Below are positions 18,062-27,235 of a stretch of DNA of 33,377 nt, in pieces. The DNA is taken from positions 1 through 33,377 of IMG/VR virus record IMGVR_UViG_3300017761_004426; one strand, written 5' to 3'. The stretch is from a virus. Lineage: Duplodnaviria > Caudoviricetes. Each line of letters begins with the position of its first letter. The first letter of the stretch is position 1. Below the pieces are notes generated by a model. That model searched no databases and had not been told where the DNA came from. It saw only the letters and a list, made by a program, of their open reading frames with translations. The position numbers and the translations under genes are program-made.

Positions 18062-18669
18062 CGATGGCAGTTGATTTATCGAAGTTCCGCGCGGCGCTTG
18101 TGGCGGTAAAAAACCAGACGAAAAAACCAGAGGCGGACATCGTCAACCGAGCGATGCGCGACGTCGCTTTTCGTTCTGCGAGCTTTACTCCGAAGGCGAC
18201 CGCGTCAAGCATCAACTCTGCTCTCGGCGGGAAAACTGGCAGGGTGCTGGCAGGATTGGCCGCGGTCGCGTGCAACAAAAAATTCGGAGTGAAAAAGTGG
18301 AGTCGGGTGGAGCATAAGGAGATGATGGCAAAGATTTTAAAGAGGCGAAAATCTGGCATTGGCGCGCTTCGGGCGGGATGGATCCCAGCGATTCAGGCGC
18401 TGGGTGGAAGCTACCGCGGGGCGAAGCTTGCGAGCGGATCCGCATCGAAAGGCACGGCGAAAAAAGCGACTATCAACAACCTCGTTGGCGTCATAAAAAA
18501 CGCCGTCTTCACTCGCAACAATAAGGGGGAAAAGACAGGGGTGGGGAATATTGCGGTGGCTTCGGACGCCCTCGGAAAAGCAATTCGATTTGTCATAAAC
18601 GACCGCCAAACTTACCTCGACCGCAAGCGCGGAATCGTCAAGGTGCTTAAGGCAAACTCAGACAAATAA
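18058..18669 (+). CDS. Basic neck or tail-completion protein (HK97 gp10/lambda gpZ-like)
   Basis: Lys/Arg-rich; ASFTPK and GALRAGW; ATG 18058 overlaps the previous TGA. Confidence 0.6.
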   Translation: MTMAVDLSKFRAALVAVKNQTKKPEADIVNRAMRDVAFRSASFTPKATASSINSALGGKTGRVLAGLAAVACNKKFGVKKWSRVEHKEMMAKILKRRKSGIGALRAGWIPAIQALGGSYRGAKLASGSASKGTAKKATINNLVGVIKNAVFTRNNKGEKTGVGNIAVASDALGKAIRFVINDRQTYLDRKRGIVKVLKANSDK

Positions 18670-18670
18670 T

Positions 18671-20380
18671 ATGTCCACCGAATCCCTAGAATTTAAATCT
18701 TCCCTCGACTCATCCGCCTTCGCCCGTGGGCTTCGAACGATGGAAGCGGGGGCGAATAAAGCAGGGAGCAAAATTACATCTTCTTTTGAGAATATGGCGA
18801 AAGGCGGAGTCGCTCAGCTCGCTGCGGCGTTTAGCGTTGGGGCGATCGTCGCCTTCGGCAAATCTGTGATGGACTTCGCGGGCGACCTCCAAGACACAAG
18901 CGACACACTAGGCATCACGACGGACTCTTTGCAGGGGCTCAACGCGGTTTTCTTAGCAGGTGGAAGCAACGCCGAGACGACGAAAAAGGGGTTGATCACG
19001 CTCACCCGCTCGCTTCAAGACATTGCCACAACCGCAGACGGGCCCGCAAGGAAGGCGCTGGACGCGCTCGGGATCTCGTTTGCTGACATTGCCGGGCTGA
19101 CCGCAGATGAGGCAATGTATGTGATTGCTGACGCGATGATGAGGGCGACAGACAAGGGGGCCGCGTTGGATGCGGCGATGACGTTGCTTGGCAAATCAGC
19201 GTCCAAAATGGCACCTGCTTTGTTGGGTGGAGCGGCGGCGATGAAAGCGGCGGCAGACGCGGCTCCAAAGATCCCGCCCGCGCAAATCAAAGGCGTCGCT
19301 GACTTTGGCGACGCAATTGAAGCAATGGGAGTTGAGGCGAAAGTTGCCACAGCTCCACTGTTAGCTTTAATTGCCGAAGGCTTAAAAACAGAACAGCAAG
19401 AGGTCGCGTGGCGTCAACTCGGTGACGCAATTAAGGACGCTACCAAAGACGCGCTTGTCTACTTTGGAATTAAAGCGCCCGACAAGAAGCCTGAGCTTAC
19501 AAGCTTTGACTTTAAGAATCGGCGACCCGAACTTGGCAAAGGCCCAAAAGACAAAATCAAACCCGCCGATCCTCGCATCAAAGCTCAACAGGAAGCGGCG
19601 CTTGAAGCCGCTGAAAAAGAGGGGGAGGCCATGGAAAAAGCGGTGGCGATTCGAGACAAAGCCGAAGCTGATTCAATGGCTTCCCAACTGACGCTCAACG
19701 AGCAATTGCAAGAGGCGACGGCGAAGAGTCTCGACCTTCAAGAATACATCGCCAGCTCCGAAGGCATTGATCAAGTCAACGCGCAAACCGAGCTGATTAA
19801 GCTTGAGCAAACCAAGCTTGATTTGGTCGAAAAAGTTGCGAAGGCGGAGCAGGACGCCGCGCAGAAAAAACAAGACTTTTTCCAACAACAGATGGACAAA
19901 GAAAACGCCGAGAAAGCCGCCGCTTACAAGGAGCAGTTGCAGGCGGAAAAAGCGTTGCAGGAAGTGCAGAAAGACCGCGCGGAAGAGGCGATGAAATTCG
20001 CCGACGACAACCTCGAGAAGGCAAAGAAAAACCTTGAAGACGTGTTCACCGGCAAGGTGAAAAAGCCCACAAAAGCCGAGACAAAGCTTGCCGCTCAGAT
20101 GAGCACGGCGATGGGCGAAGACGTGGTGCAAGCAAACAAATTCGGGGCGGAAGGTGGGTTGGGGAAAAAGCAGTTGGATGCGACTGGCAAGGTGATTACG
20201 GGGTTGGGCTCAACGGGCGGGCTCGGCGGAGCGGCGCGCAAAGATATGCCACAGGGAGCCCGCGACGCAATCGCCCGATTCAACCTCGCCAAGCAACGAC
20301 AGGAAGCCGCGAAGGGGAATCTGCAAAAAACCAACGACCTTCTCGACCTCATCAACAAAGGAATCAACGGAGCCAAATAA
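18671..20380 (+). CDS. Tail tape measure protein
   Basis: 569 aa Ala-rich helical/coiled coil; N-terminal LDSSAFARGL; LGITTDSLQ. Confidence 0.85.
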   Translation: MSTESLEFKSSLDSSAFARGLRTMEAGANKAGSKITSSFENMAKGGVAQLAAAFSVGAIVAFGKSVMDFAGDLQDTSDTLGITTDSLQGLNAVFLAGGSNAETTKKGLITLTRSLQDIATTADGPARKALDALGISFADIAGLTADEAMYVIADAMMRATDKGAALDAAMTLLGKSASKMAPALLGGAAAMKAAADAAPKIPPAQIKGVADFGDAIEAMGVEAKVATAPLLALIAEGLKTEQQEVAWRQLGDAIKDATKDALVYFGIKAPDKKPELTSFDFKNRRPELGKGPKDKIKPADPRIKAQQEAALEAAEKEGEAMEKAVAIRDKAEADSMASQLTLNEQLQEATAKSLDLQEYIASSEGIDQVNAQTELIKLEQTKLDLVEKVAKAEQDAAQKKQDFFQQQMDKENAEKAAAYKEQLQAEKALQEVQKDRAEEAMKFADDNLEKAKKNLEDVFTGKVKKPTKAETKLAAQMSTAMGEDVVQANKFGAEGGLGKKQLDATGKVITGLGSTGGLGGAARKDMPQGARDAIARFNLAKQRQEAAKGNLQKTNDLLDLINKGINGAK

Positions 20381-21025
20381 ATGCCAGCAACCACCACCTA
20401 TAAACCATCGACCGGGGCGGGCTACGTGTTCGAGGACACGACCACCCCCGTTGCAACGAAAGCCGTTTGGGGGATGGATACGCTGACGCGCAAGGTACAA
20501 GGCGCGCAACCCGAGGAGGTGGCCTATATCAACGGGCTGGCTCAAGGTGACATCACAAATTTCAACGGGCAGTTGTGGTATTTGCAAAACTGGGACAGCG
20601 ACCACGACCCGATTTACCCGACTATCACGCTCAACTATTTGGGGTTGAACGACGGCATCCCCGCCCCGTTCACAAGCGGAACGACGGTGGTGCAAACAGG
20701 CACGATTTCATGCACGACACCGGCCAAGGCGAGCAGGACGTTTTCCTACTACACCCGCCAATCGACTTACAAATACATCAAAGCTTCTCGCCCAACGACT
20801 CCCACCTACACGACGCTGGACATCGCCTATACGCCGACAATTTTCAAGAGCGAGATCCGCAACGAAGACGGCACCGTTTACCTCGGCAACGCTCCCGCCG
20901 GGCTCGTCACCGCATTAACGCCGGTGGGCGTTGTGCTGACGACCACGATGACTGCCACCCCCGTCTTCGGCACCCCGTACTTCGAGTGTGAAGACAATGT
21001 GGTTTCGCTCCTCCCATCTAACTAA
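20381..21025 (+). CDS. Tail tip protein (distal tail-like)
   Basis: Thr-rich 214 aa, directly after the tape measure. Confidence 0.55.
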   Translation: MPATTTYKPSTGAGYVFEDTTTPVATKAVWGMDTLTRKVQGAQPEEVAYINGLAQGDITNFNGQLWYLQNWDSDHDPIYPTITLNYLGLNDGIPAPFTSGTTVVQTGTISCTTPAKASRTFSYYTRQSTYKYIKASRPTTPTYTTLDIAYTPTIFKSEIRNEDGTVYLGNAPAGLVTALTPVGVVLTTTMTATPVFGTPYFECEDNVVSLLPSN

Positions 21026-21807
21026 TGCCAAACCTCATCCCCATTCTACCGCGGGCGGATTCTTACCTTGAAATCAAGGCACTTGTGAACCAGCTCGCCG
21101 ACGAATTCGAGCGCGCTTATTTGGTTGATGGGCGCGGAACCACGGTGGCTAATTCGGTGACGGGCAGGGGGAGAAGTATCGACCTTGACCCCTCGGCAAC
21201 CGCCGCAGGATCCACGACAGGCGAGCCCGAGGGAGCAGACCCTTACGTGATGCGGTCGAAAAAATACGGCTCGACTGCACCGAGCGACGACACCGCCCCG
21301 CTTGCGCTCGACCAAGCCAACCCCGACGAATGGATGAGGAGCGACCCGCCGCGGAAAACTGCGGTGGCGATTGACGAGATCGGCGATGGGGGGCAACCCG
21401 CGCAACCATTCCCAACAACGATAGAAGTAAGCGCAGGCCACGGAATCCCCGCAACAGGTGGCCCGTTTTTTGTCTTTATTGACGGGAGCGGAACCACCCC
21501 CGACATGGACGGGCTTTATAACGCGACCTACGTAAGCTCAACCGTTTTTACCGTGCCATTTCAGCTCGCGGATTCAGGCAATTCGGTTGGCCAAGGCACA
21601 ATGGCCATCTCCACCGCAGGCGTGACCGTCAACGAGGAGGCGCGAATCTATATCAGCGGGAGTGGCTCGGGGACATTCTCGCAGAAGATTTTCACTCGGC
21701 AGAAAAAGTGGGACATCCGCGGCGGGCTTTACTATGTGAGCGGGGAAACGCTGGCGGAGTTTGACACCGAGTCTGGGAGCGGATCCGCGGGCGGGGGGCT
21801 TCCTTGA
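21025..21807 (+). CDS. Tail tip protein with an FCCH-like beta-barrel segment
   Basis: AGHGIP...VFIDG...DGLYNATYVSSTVFTV; synteny. Confidence 0.5.
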   Translation: MPNLIPILPRADSYLEIKALVNQLADEFERAYLVDGRGTTVANSVTGRGRSIDLDPSATAAGSTTGEPEGADPYVMRSKKYGSTAPSDDTAPLALDQANPDEWMRSDPPRKTAVAIDEIGDGGQPAQPFPTTIEVSAGHGIPATGGPFFVFIDGSGTTPDMDGLYNATYVSSTVFTVPFQLADSGNSVGQGTMAISTAGVTVNEEARIYISGSGSGTFSQKIFTRQKKWDIRGGLYYVSGETLAEFDTESGSGSAGGGLP

Positions 21808-22583
21808 CCGCCGTCTTTTCGTGGCGTCGCCCGGCTTCGATCCCTTTCACCCTTCACGACGCTTGGTTGTGGACTGGCGCGCTGGCTTACGCTCGGCGCG
21901 CTGGGATGGCGACTCTGCTCGTTGCCGACGCCGCAGGTCTATCCACCTTGATTGATCGCCTAAAGCTCAGCGTTGACCGCGTGGAGCAATTGCCACCCAT
22001 CCCCGCCGAGCTTGACCACGTGCGCGACATTGCGAAGCTCCAGGCGCTCAAGGTTGCAGGGGCAAACGCGATCCACATCGACTTCGATGTGTTCCTTCGC
22101 AAGCCACTTCCGCCCCAGATTCTCAACGCCGACTTTGCCGGTGAATTTTTTTACCCTACGCGTCCATTTTTGCACCGCGTCAACGACTCGCTCAAGGTCG
22201 CACGCCACCAACCGCCTCCGGTGCAATGTCTGGCTGGTGGCATCATGGGCGGGCAGGCCACCGAGCGCATCCACGCGGTGGTCGACCGAAGTTTAGCGGT
22301 GGCTTTGAATCCGCTAAACCGCTCGGCGTTGGTTGTGGCAAATGGTTACCAAGCTTCGGTGCTTATCGGCGAAGCCGCCTTCGCCGCCGAGTTTCCAGAC
22401 GCTCAAATTCTCCTCCCTCACGCCAACCAAAATCGTCAAGACTACATCGACCGCGGCTATGTGCATCTAGCGGGCAACAAGGACAACCCAACGAAGCTCC
22501 ACCACGCGAGCGAGATGGTTCGCCAAGACTTCCCAAGCGAATACGCGTCAACCTTCGCGGGCTTCGCGGGGTTGCGAAACTAG
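21804..22583 (+). CDS. Putative GT-A fold nucleotide-sugar transferase (DUF6734-like)
   Basis: KL.AL...IHIDFDVFLRKPLP (DxD), AGGIMGG, GYVHLAG..K; TTG start overlapping the upstream TGA. Confidence 0.6.
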   Translation: MTAVFSWRRPASIPFTLHDAWLWTGALAYARRAGMATLLVADAAGLSTLIDRLKLSVDRVEQLPPIPAELDHVRDIAKLQALKVAGANAIHIDFDVFLRKPLPPQILNADFAGEFFYPTRPFLHRVNDSLKVARHQPPPVQCLAGGIMGGQATERIHAVVDRSLAVALNPLNRSALVVANGYQASVLIGEAAFAAEFPDAQILLPHANQNRQDYIDRGYVHLAGNKDNPTKLHHASEMVRQDFPSEYASTFAGFAGLRN

Positions 22584-22600
22584 CGACCACCTACCAAACT
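22572..22600 (+). promoter_or_regulatory. Putative promoter TTGCGA-N17-CAAACT
   Basis: GGGTTGCGAA motif; ATG at 22608. Confidence 0.55.
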
Positions 22601-22607
22601 CCTACCT

Positions 22608-24176
22608 ATGGCGACCCTCGACATTGAACTCTATTACGACCTTGATCGCCGACGCTGGACGACCTCGGCGGGCGGGCTGGCGACTCAGCCTTCGCTCTTC
22701 ATCGGGCAAAGTAACACCATAGATTTTAAGGTGCGCTTTGTGCAAGGCGGGGTTCCGATTGAGCTTACAACTCCGAGCTTTATCGCAGGGGTAAAAGTCA
22801 CCGACGACCCCCTTGGCGACTACCTGCTTTTGACCACTACCGGCACAAAAACAGGGACGGGAGCGACGACGATCTACACGTTCACCCTGCTCATCGACAG
22901 CGTTGAGCTTCAGGCTTATTTGGTAGGCATTACGCCTTCGACTAACTCGACCGCTTTCGAGGTGCGCGACACGGTCAACAACATCGCCACCCTCCCCGCA
23001 ATCACTTGCTCAATTCTCCCAGATTACACACTGACAGGTGCGACTCCGGCGGCGGGCTCGGGGACGCTCGTCGTAGATAGCGGGGCGACGTTTACCGTCC
23101 ACAAAACCTTCGCGATGCCCGTGGACGATGGGCAGAACAATTACGTTCTGAAAACCAATGGCTTCGGGGTGGGCAGTTGGGCGGTGGACAGCGCGGGAAC
23201 AGGGACAGTGCAGAGCGTAAGCGTGACGACCGCAAACGGAGTTTCGGGGACAGTTGCTACCTCAACCACCACCCCAGCGATTACGCTTACTCTGGGGGCG
23301 ATTACGCCGACCACGGGGGCGTTTAGCGACACGACCGACGCAACAAATTCCACCACCGCCCCGCTCAAAACTGCGGGTGGATTGGCGGTGGCGAAAAAAG
23401 CATTTATCGGCACGTTCCTCGACCTTGTTGCGACGACCGCGACGGCGGGGCAGATTACGCAGGCGGGGAGCAGAATTTTCCATACCTTCGGTGGCACTGG
23501 GAATATTTGGCTGGGACTGACCACAGGCAACACGGCAGGAGCGTTGACTGGTACGAACAATATCGCCATCGGCACGCAAGCTGGAAAATCGATAACGACT
23601 GGAGCAAACAATATGTTCATTGGCGTCCAGTCGGGCGAATTTGTTACGACAGGGTTCAATAATACTTGCATGGGTGGATTTGCGGGATACGGCATCGGCG
23701 CAGGTACGCGGAATGTCGCTGTTGGTTATGCATCTTTGCAAAACGGCGGGACCGGTGGTTCAAATGTCGCGATTGGGCAGGCTAGTTTGCAAAACATTTC
23801 AAGCGGCACGCTTAATGTCGCTATTGGCTCAGATGCAGGAGATGTGGACGGAATTGTTGTCGGTGGGTTGACTGGCAAAGATATTAGCTCTGGTGGCAAC
23901 AACACGATCATTGGCGCGGGTGCTGGATCTACATTAGCCACAGGCACTTACCGCACTGCTATCGGGAGCGACTCCCGATGCGAAAGCAACAACGCAATCA
24001 AGCTCGGGCGAGACACGCTTGATGTGGTTCTTTTGCCGAAAATGACAGAGGCGCAACTGGCTACGGCGGCGACGACATTAAGCACAGTCAAAGGCGCGAT
24101 TGCGTACTGCACTGATGGAGCGCAAGCCGATCATGTATTTTTTTACAACGGAAGCAGTTGGGCGCGGATCAACTAA
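22608..24176 (+). CDS. Tail fibre or receptor-binding protein
   Basis: N-terminal baseplate-attachment-like domain; VLKTNG.G..SW; GTVQSV; tandem N-x-A-I-G repeats of autotransporter-adhesin head type; C-terminal FYNGSSW. Confidence 0.85.
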   Translation: MATLDIELYYDLDRRRWTTSAGGLATQPSLFIGQSNTIDFKVRFVQGGVPIELTTPSFIAGVKVTDDPLGDYLLLTTTGTKTGTGATTIYTFTLLIDSVELQAYLVGITPSTNSTAFEVRDTVNNIATLPAITCSILPDYTLTGATPAAGSGTLVVDSGATFTVHKTFAMPVDDGQNNYVLKTNGFGVGSWAVDSAGTGTVQSVSVTTANGVSGTVATSTTTPAITLTLGAITPTTGAFSDTTDATNSTTAPLKTAGGLAVAKKAFIGTFLDLVATTATAGQITQAGSRIFHTFGGTGNIWLGLTTGNTAGALTGTNNIAIGTQAGKSITTGANNMFIGVQSGEFVTTGFNNTCMGGFAGYGIGAGTRNVAVGYASLQNGGTGGSNVAIGQASLQNISSGTLNVAIGSDAGDVDGIVVGGLTGKDISSGGNNTIIGAGAGSTLATGTYRTAIGSDSRCESNNAIKLGRDTLDVVLLPKMTEAQLATAATTLSTVKGAIAYCTDGAQADHVFFYNGSSWARIN

Positions 24177-24181
24177 TTTTT

Positions 24182-24451
24182 ATGAGTACCACCACTATCA
24201 CAATCGATGTTGCGTTCCTCACAACGGAACAGCGAGACGCCGCCACGCTCCTCTTCGCACGCTCAGGAGGATGGCAACCGCTCGTTGACGGTGAGCCAAA
24301 CCCCATCACCGCAGAGGCTTACGGAGTTACTATGATCGCCAATTACCTGCGCCAACGGGTGAACGAGCAGTCAGCCTACGACGCACAAATTGCGGCGGCG
24401 CAGGCGACCGCTGACCTGCTCGACGGCGTGACGGTGACGACTCCCGCTTAA
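24182..24451 (+). CDS. Small tail-fibre-associated protein
   Basis: 89 aa directly after the fibre gene. Confidence 0.55.
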   Translation: MSTTTITIDVAFLTTEQRDAATLLFARSGGWQPLVDGEPNPITAEAYGVTMIANYLRQRVNEQSAYDAQIAAAQATADLLDGVTVTTPA

Positions 24452-24460
24452 TCATTGCCC

Positions 24461-24769
24461 ATGAATGATTTACTCGGTTCGATGGGGCGGTTTTTTGCGA
24501 ACGAGTGGGATGGATTTTACCAGCGCGTCGTCGTGAATGTGAGCGTGACCACGGTGGGAATCCTCACCCCGCTCGTTCATGCGGAACTCAATATGTGGCT
24601 ACAGACCACTATGTATGTGAGCGGGTTGATCGTGCTGGTTTGGAATTTTTGGGGGGCGCAAAAAGAGCTACAACGCAAACGATTACGGGATGAGGAGGCG
24701 GCGGCGGAGTGGATGCGAGTGGCGCAGGCGGAGAACAAGTTTCCCAAGCAAAAAACCAAAGACCTATGA
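24461..24769 (+). CDS. Membrane protein, holin-like
   Basis: Two hydrophobic segments and a charged C-tail, within the lysis region. Confidence 0.55.
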   Translation: MNDLLGSMGRFFANEWDGFYQRVVVNVSVTTVGILTPLVHAELNMWLQTTMYVSGLIVLVWNFWGAQKELQRKRLRDEEAAAEWMRVAQAENKFPKQKTKDL

Positions 24770-24981
24770 ACACGAAAAACCTAGCTGGCTATGGTTCAAT
24801 TGTCATGTCGCTACTGACCGCCCTCGCCGCCGCCCCCTACTCCCTCGGTGAAGTGGCAATGGTTATCCCGCCAGAGTGGAAGGAGCGGGTGTTCATTGCC
24901 GGGGCAATTGCCACTTTGATTCTTCGGGTGATTCGCGACAACACCACCCCACCAACAATCCCAACCCAACCAACACCATGA
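24766..24981 (+). CDS. Small two-TM protein, holin or antiholin-like
   Basis: GYGSIVMSLLTALAAA and VFIAGAIATLIL; ATGA overlaps on both sides. Confidence 0.6.
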   Translation: MNTKNLAGYGSIVMSLLTALAAAPYSLGEVAMVIPPEWKERVFIAGAIATLILRVIRDNTTPPTIPTQPTP

Positions 24982-25364
24982 ACCCAAAAACCCTCCTCCT
25001 GCTACCATCCATCTTCCTCCTTTCTTCTTGCTCCACCGAGTGGATGAAGAGCAACACCACCAAAGCAGTTCTGTCCGAGATTGGGACGATGGTCTTCAGC
25101 GCCGCCGTGCAATCATTTACCTCTGAGAGCAAGGTGGATTTAGGACATTCGATGGCACAGGGATTGTGGCAGAATCCACAGGTGACCGCAGGATCGATCA
25201 AGCGCATTGCGGATGCATGGAGTGCTGACCGCCTGCATAAACTCTCTACAGAGGCACTGAAGGCGTATGCGTATGCCAACCCACAGAACTCAAAGCAACA
25301 GGCCCAGGTGACAGATGCAATTGCCAGTGCAATTAGTCATGCGGCAGAGCAGAAAGGCTTATGA
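24978..25364 (+). CDS. Lipoprotein, possible spanin component
   Basis: Signal peptide MNPKTLLLLPSIFLLSS-C with lipobox. Confidence 0.6.
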   Translation: MNPKTLLLLPSIFLLSSCSTEWMKSNTTKAVLSEIGTMVFSAAVQSFTSESKVDLGHSMAQGLWQNPQVTAGSIKRIADAWSADRLHKLSTEALKAYAYANPQNSKQQAQVTDAIASAISHAAEQKGL

Positions 25365-25849
25365 GACTAGCACAACGACTGGTTGACCTAGCCTTGAAGG
25401 AAGTGGGGGTTGAGGAGATTGGTGGGACGAATTGCGGGCCTCGCGTCAACGAATACAAGGCGGCGACGTGGCTCCCTCCCGATCAGGCGTGGCCGTGGTG
25501 CGCGGCGTTTATTGACTGGCTCGTTATGCGAGCGATGGCGGAGAGCGGGCAAAAATTTACTTTCGAGCGACCCCGCACCGCCGGGGCGTGGGATCTCGAA
25601 AATTGGTCAATGAAGCAGGACGGGAGCACGTGGACAAAGCTTAACCCGCAGGCAGGAGACATCGCGCCTGGGGACATCGTGATTTTTACTTTTTCGCACG
25701 TCGGGCTGGCGATTGACGCACCGGCAAGGGGGATGGTCGAAACCATCGAAGGGAATACGGATGGCAACGGAAGCAGAGACGGGGGCGGGGTGTGGCGCAA
25801 GTTCCGCAAGATCTCGCAAATTCGCTCGCGGATCCGCTTCACCGTATGA
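25361..25849 (+). CDS. CHAP-family endolysin
   Basis: EVGVEE..GTN.GP.V, PWCAAF (catalytic Cys), PGDIVIF, SHVGL (His), TIEGNT. Confidence 0.9.
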   Translation: MRLAQRLVDLALKEVGVEEIGGTNCGPRVNEYKAATWLPPDQAWPWCAAFIDWLVMRAMAESGQKFTFERPRTAGAWDLENWSMKQDGSTWTKLNPQAGDIAPGDIVIFTFSHVGLAIDAPARGMVETIEGNTDGNGSRDGGGVWRKFRKISQIRSRIRFTV

Positions 25850-25950
25850 TTGACGACGAGCTAAAAACCTCCACCGCGTTCGCTCTCATCTGGACGCTCG
25901 GCCTCCTCCTCTTCGGGTGGATTATTTTAATTTTTATGAGGGAAGATTGA
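25846..25950 (+). CDS. 34-aa single-TM peptide
   Basis: MIDDELKTSTAFALIWTLGLLLFGWIILIFMRED; ATGA-coupled to the endolysin; below the ORF-track cutoff. Confidence 0.55.
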   Translation: MIDDELKTSTAFALIWTLGLLLFGWIILIFMRED

Positions 25951-25986
25951 AATAAATAATAAACTCGGCGATGGTTGGGGGAGATT

Positions 25987-26253
25987 ATGAACCAACCATC
26001 GCCACCACTCCCCGAAGCTTTCCCGCCACTATTATCCCTTCTCTTCCAACGCTTTAGAGGATCGGATGGCAAGCTAATTCGCGGGGCGCAATCACGCATC
26101 GCCGAGCACCTCGGCGTCACCTATGGCACTGTTAGCCAATGGTTTAGCAAGGGTAGCAAATGCCACAAAAAGCATCACGGGCAAATTGCTCAATTAATTC
26201 TCTCAAACGCTGACTTTTCGGCGAGGAAAACGGGGCCAAAAGCGGAGGCTTAA
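25987..26253 (+). CDS. Cro/CI-like HTH regulator
   Basis: QSRIAEHLGVTYGTVSQWF; GGGGAG upstream of ATG 25987. Confidence 0.75.
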   Translation: MNQPSPPLPEAFPPLLSLLFQRFRGSDGKLIRGAQSRIAEHLGVTYGTVSQWFSKGSKCHKKHHGQIAQLILSNADFSARKTGPKAEA

Positions 26254-26295
26254 AAACTTTTTTCCTTAGGTAAATGCATCTTTTTTAATCTTTTT

Positions 26296-26336
26296 TAAAA
26301 ATAATTGTTTACAAGTTGTGGAGAAGGTGGTTAATT
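26296..26336 (+). promoter_or_regulatory. AT-rich putative early promoter
   Basis: TAAAAATAATTGTTTACA, nearly identical to 30213-30229; -10 element is weak. Confidence 0.5.
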
Positions 26337-26390
26337 GATCTCACCAAAGCGAACCACGCCGAGGGAAAAATCCAAACCTAAAAAAATCCA

Positions 26391-26639
26391 ATGAGCGCAA
26401 CCGCAGCAATTCCTACAGCATCAATCGTTACAGCAATCAGCAAATCCACAATGTACACCGAGATTGTGGAGGCAACATTTATGGGTAGCTTCACTGACCT
26501 CGTCGCTTACCTAAACACCTCCACCGAATCGTGGGACTACACGGGGATCGATGGTGACGAAGGCACTGTTTATGACATTTACGGAACAGCAATCGGTGGA
26601 GCAGATTTCCGTCTCGCAGTTACCTGCGTAGCTTTTTAA
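26391..26639 (+). CDS. Hypothetical early protein
   Basis: 82-aa ORF with an A-rich leader. Confidence 0.65.
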   Translation: MSATAAIPTASIVTAISKSTMYTEIVEATFMGSFTDLVAYLNTSTESWDYTGIDGDEGTVYDIYGTAIGGADFRLAVTCVAF

Positions 26640-26732
26640 CTCACCCCTCAACCCTCACCGCCTCACCCGCCCCTCTCAAGGGGGCGGGTTTCGAGGTGCC
26701 GGGAATTAGCTCGGCAAATAACTCAAACCTAA

Positions 26733-27071
26733 ATGACAAAAAAAACCGCAGTCTTAACCATCAGTGGCTTAATCGTAAATCTCCACACGGACGACAACCT
26801 GACCCTCGCCTTCGATGGCATGGTTGAGTCAACGCCGCAATCCCTTGCGGAGCTCATCAACATTGACGCCCTCGTGAAGATCTCCACGGAAAGCAACGAC
26901 AGCAACGAGCGCATCAAGGCGGCGAAGGCCGTGGCAATCGGCGCAACGCTCATTGAGCGGCGCACCCTCCACAATCTAATCAGCGACCTTTCGGTGGAGC
27001 TGCAAGCCGAGCGGCTCGAAAGCGCCCGCCTCCGGTCATTGATCAAGCTCAGCGGAGGACAGCCCGTATGA
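26733..27071 (+). CDS. Hypothetical protein
   Basis: 112 aa; leader CAAACCTAAATG. Confidence 0.65.
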   Translation: MTKKTAVLTISGLIVNLHTDDNLTLAFDGMVESTPQSLAELINIDALVKISTESNDSNERIKAAKAVAIGATLIERRTLHNLISDLSVELQAERLESARLRSLIKLSGGQPV

Positions 27072-27235
27072 GCGCCCCCTTCCTCGTCGACACCGCCGAC
27101 CAGCGTCGCCTCATCCACAACGCGGAAAGCCGTCGCCTCCTCGCCTCCCGGCGGATGGCGGTGCGCCTTATCCTCATCTTCGGCACCGTCTCCGCGGTGA
27201 CGAGCGCAGTCATCACCTATTTTCTCACCCGATGA
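27068..27235 (+). CDS. 55-aa membrane peptide
   Basis: ATGA overlaps at both ends; C-terminal TM segment LILIFGTVSAVTSAVITYFL. Confidence 0.55.
   Translation: MSAPFLVDTADQRRLIHNAESRRLLASRRMAVRLILIFGTVSAVTSAVITYFLTR

Noticed and set aside
23500-23990. Possible DGR target or CRISPR-like repeats in the fibre gene
   Set aside because: Repeats are degenerate protein-level N-x-A-I-G units; no reverse transcriptase, template repeat or spacer array was seen
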